Source: an uncultured Eubacteriales bacterium (GTDB lineage Bacteria; Bacillota; Clostridia; Oscillospirales; RGIG577). From it: DNA of 38,592 nucleotides. The stretch is from positions 1-38,592 of the forward strand of contig CAZMCJ010000002.1 in NCBI GenBank assembly GCA_964564795.1, given 5' to 3'. Every line of letters starts with the position of its first letter. Position 1 is the first letter of the stretch. Of the stretch, positions 10,333 to 20,100 are shown piece after piece. A program made the position numbers and the translations under genes. The notes below the pieces were generated by a model, which saw only the letters and a program-made list of their open reading frames with translations, was not told where the DNA came from and searched no databases.

Positions 10333-10599
10333 TGTAGGCTCCATAAATAAATGAGGAGTTGTGTGTTGCAATATGTTTACATGCTTCTCCTCTATACCCG
10401 AAAATTAGAGGGAAAGAGTGATGTAGGCTCCATAAATAAACGAGGAGTTGTGTGTTGCAATATGTTTACATGCTCTCCCTTACACCCCACAATTAGAGCC
10501 AAATAGTAAGTGTAGGCACAATAAAATAAAGGAAGAGTTGTGTCGCAAGGTGTTTACCCCCTCCGCCCCCCAACCTTCTTTCGTTTGGTACACCCTACA
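10333..10599. repeat. Three head-to-tail copies of an 89-bp unit (the third is degenerate), with a partial unit upstream
   Basis: Units start at 10333, 10422 and 10511 (TGTAGGCTCCATAAATAAAyGAGGAGTTGTGTGTTGCAATATGTTTACATGCT...). Copies 1 and 2 are near-identical over the first 55 nt or so. Confidence 0.85.
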
Positions 10600-10626
10600 T
10601 CCTTCAACCCCATACGCTACACCACA

Positions 10627-10671
10627 AAATAAACAAGGTGACGCTAAGCTTGTGCGCCACCTTGTTTATTT
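10627..10671 (-). terminator. Probable terminator of the M23 peptidase gene (14-bp stem)
   Basis: AAATAAACAAGGTG pairs with CACCTTGTTTATTT around a 17-nt loop. The site is just downstream of the minus-strand stop at 10686 and is followed by a U-rich stretch. Confidence 0.6.
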
Positions 10672-10685
10672 ATATTAAAACCCGC

Positions 10686-11405
10686 CTACTTTTTAATCAG
10701 GCTCATTGGGTCTATTTGTTTGCCCTTTTGCACCATCTCAAAGTGCAAATGGAAAACATCGCCACTCTCTGCTGCTGCGCTTTGCCCAATTCCACCTATT
10801 GTGTCGCCCTTTTTAACCTTTTGCCCTTTTTTCACAAGGATTTTGTCTTGCAAGTTGGAGTAAACGCTAAAGGTATCACCCCCATGGTCAATGGTAACGG
10901 TATTTCCCATCATCTCGTCAACATATACGTCAAAAACAGTACCTGCCTCCACTGCCCTAACGTTTGTGCCAACGTCACCTTTAAAGTCAACTCCGGCATG
11001 GGTGCGATAATCCTCCAAGGTCTTGTCATAAATTAGCTGGTCGGTTGAGTAAGGCTTGGATATTACTCCCTCAACAGGCATAATATATGATTTTTTAGTG
11101 CTACCCAAAAATACGCTTTGCTCTTGCTTAGGAGCTTCTTCCACCTTTTTTTCAACCTCTTTCGGAACAACAACGCTTGCGCTTCCAACGTCTGCCTCAA
11201 AGAAGGATGGGGGTGGTGGGGCAATTTGTGGATCCAAAACTTGCTCCCCAATTTCAATTTCCAGCCCGTTTTTTGCGTTATCCAGTGATGTGTTCTCCTG
11301 TGCGATGATATAGCCGGTTGCGCCAACAGTGACTAAACATAGTAGCATTACTATGTAGAAGCCCCTGCCCTCTACAATTGATGTTAATATATTATTTTTT
11401 TTCAT
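10686..11405 (-). CDS. Membrane-anchored M23/LytM peptidase, SpoIIQ-like
   Basis: N-terminal TM, with intact HxxxD (HAGVD) and HxH (HLHFEM) zinc motifs. It lies directly downstream of spoIID, as in clostridial spoIID-spoIIQ loci. The start was moved to ATG 11405, 9 nt after GAGGTG. Confidence 0.7.
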   Translation of the reverse strand: MKKNNILTSIVEGRGFYIVMLLCLVTVGATGYIIAQENTSLDNAKNGLEIEIGEQVLDPQIAPPPPSFFEADVGSASVVVPKEVEKKVEEAPKQEQSVFLGSTKKSYIMPVEGVISKPYSTDQLIYDKTLEDYRTHAGVDFKGDVGTNVRAVEAGTVFDVYVDEMMGNTVTIDHGGDTFSVYSNLQDKILVKKGQKVKKGDTIGGIGQSAAAESGDVFHLHFEMVQKGKQIDPMSLIKK

Positions 11406-11460
11406 GCTTCTTTTCACCTCGTAAATATTTTTAACATTTATTTGGTGAATTATTCAAAAT

Positions 11461-12477
11461 TTATGAAATTTTTTCAATGTCAACACCCTGGTAATACCAT
11501 TTTATAATTTCGTCGTATGTGGAGCCGTTGTTTGCCATATAGTTTGCCCCATACTGGCTCATTCCAACTGCGTGCCCATACCCCTTTACATGAAAAACAG
11601 CCTCTGTTTCGCCAAACTCAATTGTAAAATTGGTGGAGCGCAGGGAAAAGATAGAGCGTATATCACTCCCCTTAAAGGTTTTACCGCAAATGTTTATGGT
11701 GATTATACCGCCGCCGTCACCACGTGTTTCCTCACCAACGTAGGTGTGTGGGGAATTGTTAAAGACGATTGTTGGGTCGCTTTGAGTTAAAAGCATTTTA
11801 AAATCAGCAAGAGAAACCTTCTCCTCGGTCGTGTAGCGTGGTGATAGCTCCTCCCCCTTACTCTCCACAGATTTAAGGTATGGCACATCGCCCCCCCAAA
11901 CGTCCTTTGCGTTTTCGGTGCGACCACTAGAGGTGGAGTGAAAAACTGCACAAATTGCCGCATTTTCATACACTGCAATTTCCCTATCTGTTTCGTTAAC
12001 TGCGCTTTTAATCTTGCTGTAAATGGGTAGAAAATTGTTGGAAAAACGCTCTTTCATCTGGTCAACCGAAAGGTAAGCCTTGCAATGTGTATAGTCTGTG
12101 CAAACATCAGCGCCATTATGATTAGTGTATAAATTCTCATTTTCTGCATTTTCATTCATTCTATTTATGGTGTAGCTGCGTGCGGCAACGCTTTGTGCTT
12201 TTAGTGCCTCAATGTGGAAATTTGAAGGCATCTCCCCTGCAACAACCGAAATCAAGTATTCTTCCAAATTAAGGTGGACGACTTTTTTCTCATCAGCCAT
12301 AAAAACTTTTATGGTTATATCCCTGTCCGAGCTTTGCGGTTTATCTTGTGGCTGAGGTGGTGTAACTTGCGTGGGTGGCGAAGGTTTAATGTTTTTAACC
12401 TTCGGGAAGGAAAGTGCCAGGGGCAAAGCCGATATAATAAAAATCATCACAAAAAAATACATAAGACCTTTTTTCAT
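11461..12477 (-). CDS. spoIID: Stage II sporulation protein D (lytic transglycosylase)
   Basis: SpoIID/LytB domain motifs (AQSVAARSY, AVFHSTSSGRTE, GHAVGMSQYGA). The start was moved to ATG 12477, 6 nt after GAGGTG. Confidence 0.88.
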   Translation of the reverse strand: MKKGLMYFFVMIFIISALPLALSFPKVKNIKPSPPTQVTPPQPQDKPQSSDRDITIKVFMADEKKVVHLNLEEYLISVVAGEMPSNFHIEALKAQSVAARSYTINRMNENAENENLYTNHNGADVCTDYTHCKAYLSVDQMKERFSNNFLPIYSKIKSAVNETDREIAVYENAAICAVFHSTSSGRTENAKDVWGGDVPYLKSVESKGEELSPRYTTEEKVSLADFKMLLTQSDPTIVFNNSPHTYVGEETRGDGGGIITINICGKTFKGSDIRSIFSLRSTNFTIEFGETEAVFHVKGYGHAVGMSQYGANYMANNGSTYDEIIKWYYQGVDIEKIS

Positions 12478-12598
12478 TAAAACCACCTCTTGACTTTCTG
12501 CAAGTTTTAAACTTTAATTATTCATTTTACATAATTAACAAATTTAAAAAAAATTGCGTTGATTAATAATGTGTTGTGCATAAAAATAAATAAACCTA

Positions 12599-12627
12599 TT
12601 GACTAAGTTAAAAAATAAAGGTAAAAT
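12599..12627 (+). promoter_or_regulatory. Candidate sigma70 promoter of citrate synthase
   Basis: TTGACT-N17-TAAAAT, 43 nt upstream of the ATG. Confidence 0.5.
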
Positions 12628-12669
12628 AATATTCAAACACCAATTTTTAGAAAAAGGGGGTATTTAAAA

Positions 12670-14028
12670 ATGCCATTTACCAAAATAATAGATACAAACT
12701 ACCTTAACACAATATGCGAAGAACACAAAAATTATGCAACAATCCCTGCAAGTGCATACACCCACAATGTTAAAAGGGGACTTCGCAACGAGGACGGAAC
12801 GGGGGTTGTTGCGGGGCTGACAACCATTTGTAGCGTTCATGGATATGTAATCAACGAAGGGGAGAAGGAACCGGACGAGGGCATCCTAACATACAAAGGC
12901 TATAATATTATTGATATTATAGAGGCATGTGTTGAGGAGAACCGCTATGGCTTTGAGGAGGTAACCTTCCTATTAATGTTTGGTTTTTTGCCAACAAAAG
13001 AGCAACTTGCAGAGTTCGTTAGCATACTAAGCAAGTGCAGGGAGCTACCACAAAATTTTACAGAGGATATGATAATTAAGGCACCAAGCAATAATATAAT
13101 GAATAAGCTTGCACGTAGTGTGCTTGCCCTTTATTCCTACGACGATTACCCGGACGACACAAAGCTATCTTGCCTCGTTGGCAAGGCGCTGCTTTTAATT
13201 GCACGTTTTCCTGTTATCGTATCCCACGCATTCCAAGTTAAAAAGCACTATTACGACCACGAGAGTATGTACCTTCACTTCCCAAAAGAGGGTATGAGTA
13301 CATCAGAAACACTGCTTAGGACACTTCGCCCTGATAAGCAGTTCTCCGAAAAGGAGGCTCGCCTTTTGGATATTGCCCTTATTTTGCATGCAGAGCATGG
13401 CGGCGGTAATAACTCCACCTTTGCGGCTCGTGTTGTAGCCTCCACAGGGACGGATATTTACAGCGCAGTTGCGGCGGCAGTTGGATCGCTAAAGGGGCCT
13501 AAGCATGGTGGCGCAAATATTAAGGTTGTGGAAATGCTAAACGCATACAGGGAAAACGTTAAGGATTTTGAAAATCTAGGCGAGGTTGCAGACTTTACAA
13601 AGAAGATTTTGAATAAAGAGGCGGGAGATAAGAGCGGTCTGGTTTATGGAATGGGCCACGCAATTTATACAACCTCTGACCCACGTGCAATAGTGCTTAA
13701 AAAATATGCAAAGGACTTGGCGGCGGAAAAGGGAATGCTTAAGGAGTTTGCCCTTCTTGAAAATATTGAGACTTGCACCCCACAAGTTTTTGAGGAAATA
13801 ACAGGAAAAACAAAGGTAATCTGTGCAAACGTGGACCTTTATTCCGGTTTTGTGTATGAGATGTTGGGTATTCCAAACGAGGTTTACACACCACTTTTTG
13901 CATGTGCAAGGATAACAGGCTGGTGCGCACATATTATTGAGGAGTTCACCCAAGGTAAGAAGCTAATTCGTCCGGCGTACAAAACGGTTGGCAAAAAGCG
14001 TGCATACCAAAAGATTGAGGATAGATAA
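12670..14028 (+). CDS. Citrate synthase (citrate/2-methylcitrate synthase family)
   Basis: 452 aa. Family signatures LILHAEHGGGNNST and GMGHAIYTTSDPRA. GGGGG RBS. Confidence 0.9.
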   Translation: MPFTKIIDTNYLNTICEEHKNYATIPASAYTHNVKRGLRNEDGTGVVAGLTTICSVHGYVINEGEKEPDEGILTYKGYNIIDIIEACVEENRYGFEEVTFLLMFGFLPTKEQLAEFVSILSKCRELPQNFTEDMIIKAPSNNIMNKLARSVLALYSYDDYPDDTKLSCLVGKALLLIARFPVIVSHAFQVKKHYYDHESMYLHFPKEGMSTSETLLRTLRPDKQFSEKEARLLDIALILHAEHGGGNNSTFAARVVASTGTDIYSAVAAAVGSLKGPKHGGANIKVVEMLNAYRENVKDFENLGEVADFTKKILNKEAGDKSGLVYGMGHAIYTTSDPRAIVLKKYAKDLAAEKGMLKEFALLENIETCTPQVFEEITGKTKVICANVDLYSGFVYEMLGIPNEVYTPLFACARITGWCAHIIEEFTQGKKLIRPAYKTVGKKRAYQKIEDR

Positions 14029-14106
14029 TTTGATATTAAAAAAGGCGCCCGATATTAGGTGAGTGTTTATAAATATACTTTGTGAACCACCTAAAAATGG
14101 GGGTAT

Positions 14107-14138
14107 AAGGCGGACAGTTTCTAATGTCCGCCTTTTGC
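14107..14138 (+). terminator. Rho-independent terminator of citrate synthase
   Basis: AAGGCGGACA-GTTTCTAA-TGTCCGCCTT followed by TTG. Confidence 0.75.
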
Positions 14139-14176
14139 TATGCCTTAAATAGCTTGTGCTACCTCCTTAGCATAAA

Positions 14177-14332
14177 CTATTTCAAAATTATCATACAAGA
14201 GTCCCCCTTCAATGGAATGATGCCAAATTCTGCGTTTACATCGTTCTGCATTCCGATGCCACGATAATGTGGCTCGGTTTTAGCAATATCCCTAAGGATT
14301 TCAGCAACATTTTTGGTTATGATTTTAGAGAA
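14177..14332 (-). pseudogene. Start-less 52-codon open frame, possible 3' gene remnant
   Basis: The minus-strand frame (FSKIITKNVAEILRDIAKTEPHYRGIGMQNDVNAEFGIIPLKGDSCMIILK*) has no ATG, GTG or TTG start. An orphan AAGGAGG lies just downstream (14161-14168) with no start codon behind it. Confidence 0.25.
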
Positions 14333-14444
14333 TTAAATTTTTTTCATAGGGCTGAATTGAAAAAGCAAATTTTGTTTTGCAATATTAAGTTGCAGAAAAA
14401 CTTACAAATTTTTTAAAAAAATGTAATGAACCAAAAAAATTCTA

Positions 14445-14473
14445 TATACAAAAAAGGTGTACCTTGATATAAT
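14445..14473 (+). promoter_or_regulatory. Candidate promoter of the LytTR operon (implies a leader of about 240 nt)
   Basis: TATACA-N17-TATAAT with a TGn extended -10 (TGATATAAT). Confidence 0.4.
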
Positions 14474-14722
14474 TAGCACAAAGCAATGTGGTGTATGGCA
14501 AAACAGCGTAACTCGCTCAGAGGTTATCCTGCCCTTTCTTTTTTGGAAAGGTAAGTTAAACCACTAGGTGAAGAATATGACAATAGAAAATGATGGTATA
14601 TGATGGCGGATTGTTTCATATATGTGGGTTTCAGTTCAAGGTGTTGAAGTTCAGGCTGATGATTCCTTACATTGTAACTTTGACACGCTTTATACAACAA
14701 CAATATTATAAGTAGGTGTTCT

Positions 14723-15460
14723 ATGCGGATTGCAATTTGTGATGACAATACTGAGCAGTTAGAGACCATTAAAGGTGCGGTGGTGAGTTATGCCAAACGG
14801 CACCCTGATATAACGATACAAACAACAGCGTACTGTACACCGCTTTCCTTCCTGGAAGAGTGGAGTAAAAACGGCTGTTACGATATTATACTGTTGGACA
14901 TCTGCATGCCTGGGATTTTAGGAACTGAGGTAGCAAAGGAAATCCGACAGAGAAAAGAAAACCCGGAAATTATTTTTTTGACCACTTCTTCGGAGTTTGC
15001 CGTGGAAGCCTTCACGCTAAAGGCGGCACACTACATAATTAAGCCATTTTCTCAGGTGCAGTTTGATGAGGCGATGAACAGAGCCGTTGAAAAGCATCAA
15101 AACAAGATGGTTAAAAATATTACCTTAAAGCTTAGAAACTGTGAAGCAAGGCTGGTTGACCTCAACGAAATTATTTTTGTTGAGAGTTCTTCTCACTCTC
15201 AGCATGTTCATTTAAAGACGGGCGATCACATCGAAAGCAGACAAACTCTTTCTGAACTGCTTGCCCTTTTTAGTGTTCACGCAAAAGGGCAATTTATCTC
15301 CCCGTATAAGGGGTATATTGTGAATCAAAAAAGTATTAGAAGCATAGAACCGGACAATATTACGCTAAAATCCGGCGTAAAAATCCCCATCGTGAGGCGC
15401 AATTTTAAACAGATTAAGGAGAATTATTTTTCCTTCATCTTCCAAGAGGGTGGGTGCTAA
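14723..15460 (+). CDS. LytR/AlgR (LytTR) family response regulator
   Basis: Receiver domain (MRIAICDD, ILLDICMPG, IFLTT) plus a C-terminal LytTR DNA-binding domain (IIFVESSSHSQHVHLKTGD...PIVRRNFKQIKE). Confidence 0.88.
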   Translation: MRIAICDDNTEQLETIKGAVVSYAKRHPDITIQTTAYCTPLSFLEEWSKNGCYDIILLDICMPGILGTEVAKEIRQRKENPEIIFLTTSSEFAVEAFTLKAAHYIIKPFSQVQFDEAMNRAVEKHQNKMVKNITLKLRNCEARLVDLNEIIFVESSSHSQHVHLKTGDHIESRQTLSELLALFSVHAKGQFISPYKGYIVNQKSIRSIEPDNITLKSGVKIPIVRRNFKQIKENYFSFIFQEGGC

Positions 15461-16720
15461 ATGGAGCTGCTGACTATTCATATCATCCGAGGATGCGTCA
15501 CCAACTTTTTCATACTCCTGCACCTTTTCTCTCTGGATGAGCCAAAATACGATAAGCGAACCATGCGACTTGCTCTTTTGGGGACCTATATGTTGGTAAC
15601 TGCCGTAACAACAGTGATGTATTTTACCATCGACATGACACAGATTTCCAAACTCAGCGCTCTGGTATGGATTGTGACGGGACTTGCCTGCAAACCATTC
15701 TTTCGTGGCAGCTTTATAAAATGGCTGTTCCATGTTATTACGGTGATTAATGTCTTCATTTTTGTGGTGATTATTAGCTATACCTTAGCGTCAACACCCT
15801 CTACACATTTGTTGCTACGAGTTGCTCTTTATAGCATTATTATTTTTGTGTTTAAAAAGTACTTAAGCCCCATTTATAGGCAGGTGGCACAGCGCTTTCA
15901 CCTCTTTCTGGCGGTAGCCGTCTCGGTGCTGGCAAACTTTCTGTACAGCATCTTTATGGCAAGCGATGTGGAGGTCATGCTGAGGGAGGATTTGATTTCC
16001 CTGATGCTCATGGTGTTTACTATGTTGCTTATATATGCCACTGTCTTTATTTCTTGCCGTAGTTTGATTCAAGAAAAGGAGCTGGCGGAAGAAAACACGA
16101 GGGTGAAAATGCAGCAAGAGCTGCTCACGTTGGAGCTTTCCTCCCATGAGAATTTTCTGAATATGGCAAAGCAGTCCCGACATGATTTGCGTCACCACAA
16201 CAGCATTTTGTGCGAATATCTGGTGAGTGGGGATGTGGGGGGTGCACTGGAATACCTCCGATACTACGACGAAAGTCTAGCCGAAAGAGGGATTACCCAG
16301 CATTGCAAACACAGTGCGGCAAACGCCGTTCTGCGCCTGTATGAACGCAAGGCAAATGCCGCCAACATAACCTTTGCGCTCAAAGCGGATATTCCGGAAG
16401 ATTTGAGTATTTCGCCGGCTGATTTTGGCACGATGCTCTCCAATATTCTGGAAAATGCCTTGGAAGCATGCCAGCGATCAAACTCTCCTGCGCCAATGAT
16501 CTCCTTTCAAGCAGATACCGATGACGACCGTCTTAAAATCGAGCTGTGCAACAGCGTAAATGACAACGTGAAGTTTGAACAGGATTTGCCCGTCTCTACC
16601 AAGAAAAATGGTGGAACTGGGACAAAGAGTGTGCTTGGCATCGTAGAAAAACACAAGGGCATGCTCCATTTTACACAGGAAAAGGATGTGTTCATCACTC
16701 GGATTATCCTGCCGCTATGA
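15461..16720 (+). CDS. AgrC/ComD-like GHKL sensor histidine kinase (HPK10 type)
   Basis: The ATG directly follows the regulator's TAA. The N-terminal half is polytopic (about 6 TM). H-box-like SRHDLRHHNS. ATPase N and G boxes (LSNILENALEA, GGTGTKSV). Confidence 0.85.
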   Translation: MELLTIHIIRGCVTNFFILLHLFSLDEPKYDKRTMRLALLGTYMLVTAVTTVMYFTIDMTQISKLSALVWIVTGLACKPFFRGSFIKWLFHVITVINVFIFVVIISYTLASTPSTHLLLRVALYSIIIFVFKKYLSPIYRQVAQRFHLFLAVAVSVLANFLYSIFMASDVEVMLREDLISLMLMVFTMLLIYATVFISCRSLIQEKELAEENTRVKMQQELLTLELSSHENFLNMAKQSRHDLRHHNSILCEYLVSGDVGGALEYLRYYDESLAERGITQHCKHSAANAVLRLYERKANAANITFALKADIPEDLSISPADFGTMLSNILENALEACQRSNSPAPMISFQADTDDDRLKIELCNSVNDNVKFEQDLPVSTKKNGGTGTKSVLGIVEKHKGMLHFTQEKDVFITRIILPL

Positions 16721-16838
16721 CAAGTGAATCAGCACATAAAAAGACTGTTTGCCCGAGGGTAAATGGTCTTTTTTGTCGTCTTGCGCAAAATTATGTATGT
16801 TTTGTGCAAAAATCCACACAGAGGAAGAATTTTCTGCT

Positions 16839-17087
16839 ATGCTCACAGATGAAAATTTTGCACGAGAGGAAGGGTGCTGTGTGGATAGGATATTAACCGA
16901 CCATACCCCCGAGGTGGAACGCCGCCTCGCCGCCATTTGCGTAAAGCCACGGGACTGCTGTTCCTTTTTTAAGCCACGAGACGGCTGTCTGGTGAACCTG
17001 CGGGAGTGCTGGTACTGCGCCTTTGGTCACTTTGACAAAGAGGGCAAGGAGTTGCCGAAACAGGGCTATTGTAAATTCAAGAAATAA
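16839..17087 (+). CDS. Hypothetical cysteine-rich small protein (82 aa, 9 Cys)
   Basis: An in-frame ATG lies 11 nt after GAGGAAG. The track ORF starts earlier, at TTG 16749, without an RBS. The stop lies 18 nt before the start of the giant ORF. No recognisable family. Confidence 0.5.
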   Translation: MLTDENFAREEGCCVDRILTDHTPEVERRLAAICVKPRDCCSFFKPRDGCLVNLRECWYCAFGHFDKEGKELPKQGYCKFKK

Positions 17088-17105
17088 TAGAGGAGAGAGA
17101 TAAAA

Positions 17106-20100
17106 ATGAAAAAACGAATTTTAAGCATGATTTTGGCGGTATTCATGATGGTGGGTCTACTGCCAAGTGCTGCCCTGCCCGCAATGGCGGCAGAAAGTGT
17201 TTGGGATGGTTACAGTATTGATACCACCTGGTATACAAGTAATACAAGCGCCACCACGTTTCATATCGGAACGGCGGCAGAGCTTGCCGGGCTTGCAAGC
17301 CTTGTAAATAATGGGACAACTACATTCCAGAATAACACCATATACCTTGACGCCGATATTGACATTAAAAACAAAGCATGGACGCCGATTGGCAATGGAA
17401 GCGGAGATGGAAGATACTTTAATGGAACCTTTGATGGTCAAGGGCACGTAATCAGCAATGTAAGAGTACTAGTTAGTGACAATAATAAGTACCTATCTGC
17501 AGGTTTGTTTGGATCGGCTGGTAATACAATTAGAAATCTAGGTGTCGTTGATGTCGTTAGTTGGTGTAACCTCGAGAACAAACCTTCTGGGTATTACGCC
17601 TATTCCGGAGGGATTGCAGGTCGATCCGCTACCGCAATTGAAAACTGCTATACATACAGTACACAGCCCAATGTGCAAATGATTACAGTTATGACTTCAG
17701 GAACCAGCGGTGATGGATCTGGCGGTATTGTAGGTCAAATTTTGTCTGGAAAAGTAAGCGGGTGCTACAGCAATACGAAAGCCGTAGGAATGACCAACGT
17801 CGGCAATATTGCGGGGGAAGCTGTCGGAAACATCGATAGCTGCTACTGGTTTTCGTCAACATTAGGTGCCAAAGGCGGAGGCACTGGAGCGGTTACAAAT
17901 TCTTCACAATATACAGATAACGATGACCTCGTCAAGAAACTGAATACTTGGGTTAAGGCGAAGCAAGACCCAACGCTTTATCTATGGAAAATAGAAGGCG
18001 GTCGGGTCGTCCATGATATTCCATGGAGTGCTAGCTACACTGCAACCGTAACGGTGAATAAGGACGGTAGCCAGTGGACAAGTGGTGCACCCGTAATAAA
18101 CCTGTCCTATGGTTGGAATGGGAATACCGGAATTGCGGCAACTTCAAATTCAAATGGGGTATATACGTTTAGCAACCTTGACCCTGACCCTTTGTGGGCC
18201 TACTTTATTTGGGAGAAGGGCACACCGGATACCTATACCAATTTGTACGTGCAAAGTGCCACGAACGCCGCCACATTAAATTATTATTCCCTTTCTTTGG
18301 CGAAAGGCACAGGCATTGCTTCCGTTTCGGGTAGTGGAATCTATCTAAGCGGTAAATCTGCCAACATTAACGCAACGCCCAGTGCAGGCTATGAATGGGA
18401 CAAGTGGAGCGATAATAATACCACACAAAACCGTGCATTCACAGTAAATGCAAAAACCGATTTGATCGCCTACGCAAGATTGATGGATACAACCGCTCCT
18501 ACCCTCAGCGGCAACAATCCAACTGCTGTATCCTTCGGCTACACGACAGCGCCGAGCATGACGGTGAGTATAACAAATAAAGACGACACCAACTTTAATT
18601 ATTCCTACGAATGGTATACTGCCACGGGAACGGCAATCGCAGGTGCAACCTCAGAAACCTATACCGCTCCTGCCGCACTTGACGCAGGCACACACAATTA
18701 TACGGTGCGCGTTATCGCCACAAACAAGGCAGATAATAGCAAAACCGCCTTTTTTGACAAAACCTTTGCCGTTACGGTAAACAAGGCAAGCGGAAGTGTC
18801 AGCGTCGCCATGGCGGGCTGGACGTATGGCGATAGCAAAGCAAACCCTGTTCCCACTAGCACTACCAACGGAACAGGCGGTGTATCCTATACCTACGCAG
18901 GCAGAAATGGGACAACCTACGCAAACAGCGAAATAAAACCCGAAAATGCAGGCGACTATACCGTAACCGCTACCTTTGCGGCAAGCGGAAACTACGCCCA
19001 GAGCACTGCCACAGCGGATTTTACCATTGCCAAGGCGACGCTGACCCCGTCGGTTGCCAGTGTCACCGGCAAGGTATATGACGGCTACACCACCGCCAGC
19101 GGCACGATTTCCCTCTCTGGTGCGGTAAAGGGCGAACAGCCAACTGCCATCGGCACTTTTGCGTGGACACACAAAAATGCGGGTACTGCTACTGTAAACG
19201 TGACTGACATTTCGCTGAGCGATAGCTGGGGAAACAACTATGCGCTGAGCACAACGTCACTTACCTATGTGACAGCACCGGGGGGTGCAAAACTCAGCCC
19301 AAAAGAGCTGACCATTGCCCCTCAGACTGCAGTATACAACGGTACTGCCACCATAAGCGTGTCGGAATATCCAACCGGCATTGGTAGCGAGAAAGTCACC
19401 CTGACCTACACGCTGTCCACAAAAAACACCGATACATATACGTTTGGGACAGAGACAAACGGTTTCACCCTTGCGCTGTCTGACACCAACTATTCCGTTG
19501 GCAGTGCAGGAAACCTAACGGTCAGCCCCAAAGGATTGACGATTCCCGCCAATTCCGTTATTTACAACGGCGACACAAGTTTTTCCGCAAGTATCACCGG
19601 TGAAAATGGGGAAAACGTAATTGTGACCTATACGACCCACGCTAAGGATGTGGGAAATTACACATATGATGGGGTGAGTGGCGACGGCAAATACACCATG
19701 TCTCTCTCTGATTCGACCAATTACAGCGTCTTCTCCGGGGGAACTCTGACCGTAAATCCCCTCCCTGCTGCGCTTACATGGGACTACGCAGAGCCGTTCA
19801 CCTACGATAAGACGGAAAAATCCGTCACAGCTATGGTGAACAACAAAATCGGTGATGATATATTTACTATTTCCTATATCGGCAACAGCGGCACTTCCAA
19901 GGGCGGCTATACTGCCACAGTCACCGAACTCGGAAACTCCAACTATACCTTGGCGGGTGCAAGCGGTGTGACACAAAACTGGGATATTATTGCCCAGAAG
20001 GTATCCAAACCAACAGCGGATGCCACCGTATTCACCTATACCGGCAGTGAACAGACCTACACCATCGCACCAAATGTGCTTTACACAGTGACGAACAATA

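Noticed and set aside
10448-11036. Track ORFs 10448-10678 (+) and 10638-11036 (+)
   Set aside because: The first is a read-through of the 89-bp repeats. The second is antisense to the M23 peptidase gene.
14689-14717. TTGACA-N18-TATTAT promoter immediately upstream of the LytTR regulator
   Set aside because: The -10 element would overlap the regulator's RBS, so the transcript would start at or beyond the ATG. The upstream extended -10 promoter at 14445-14473 fits better.
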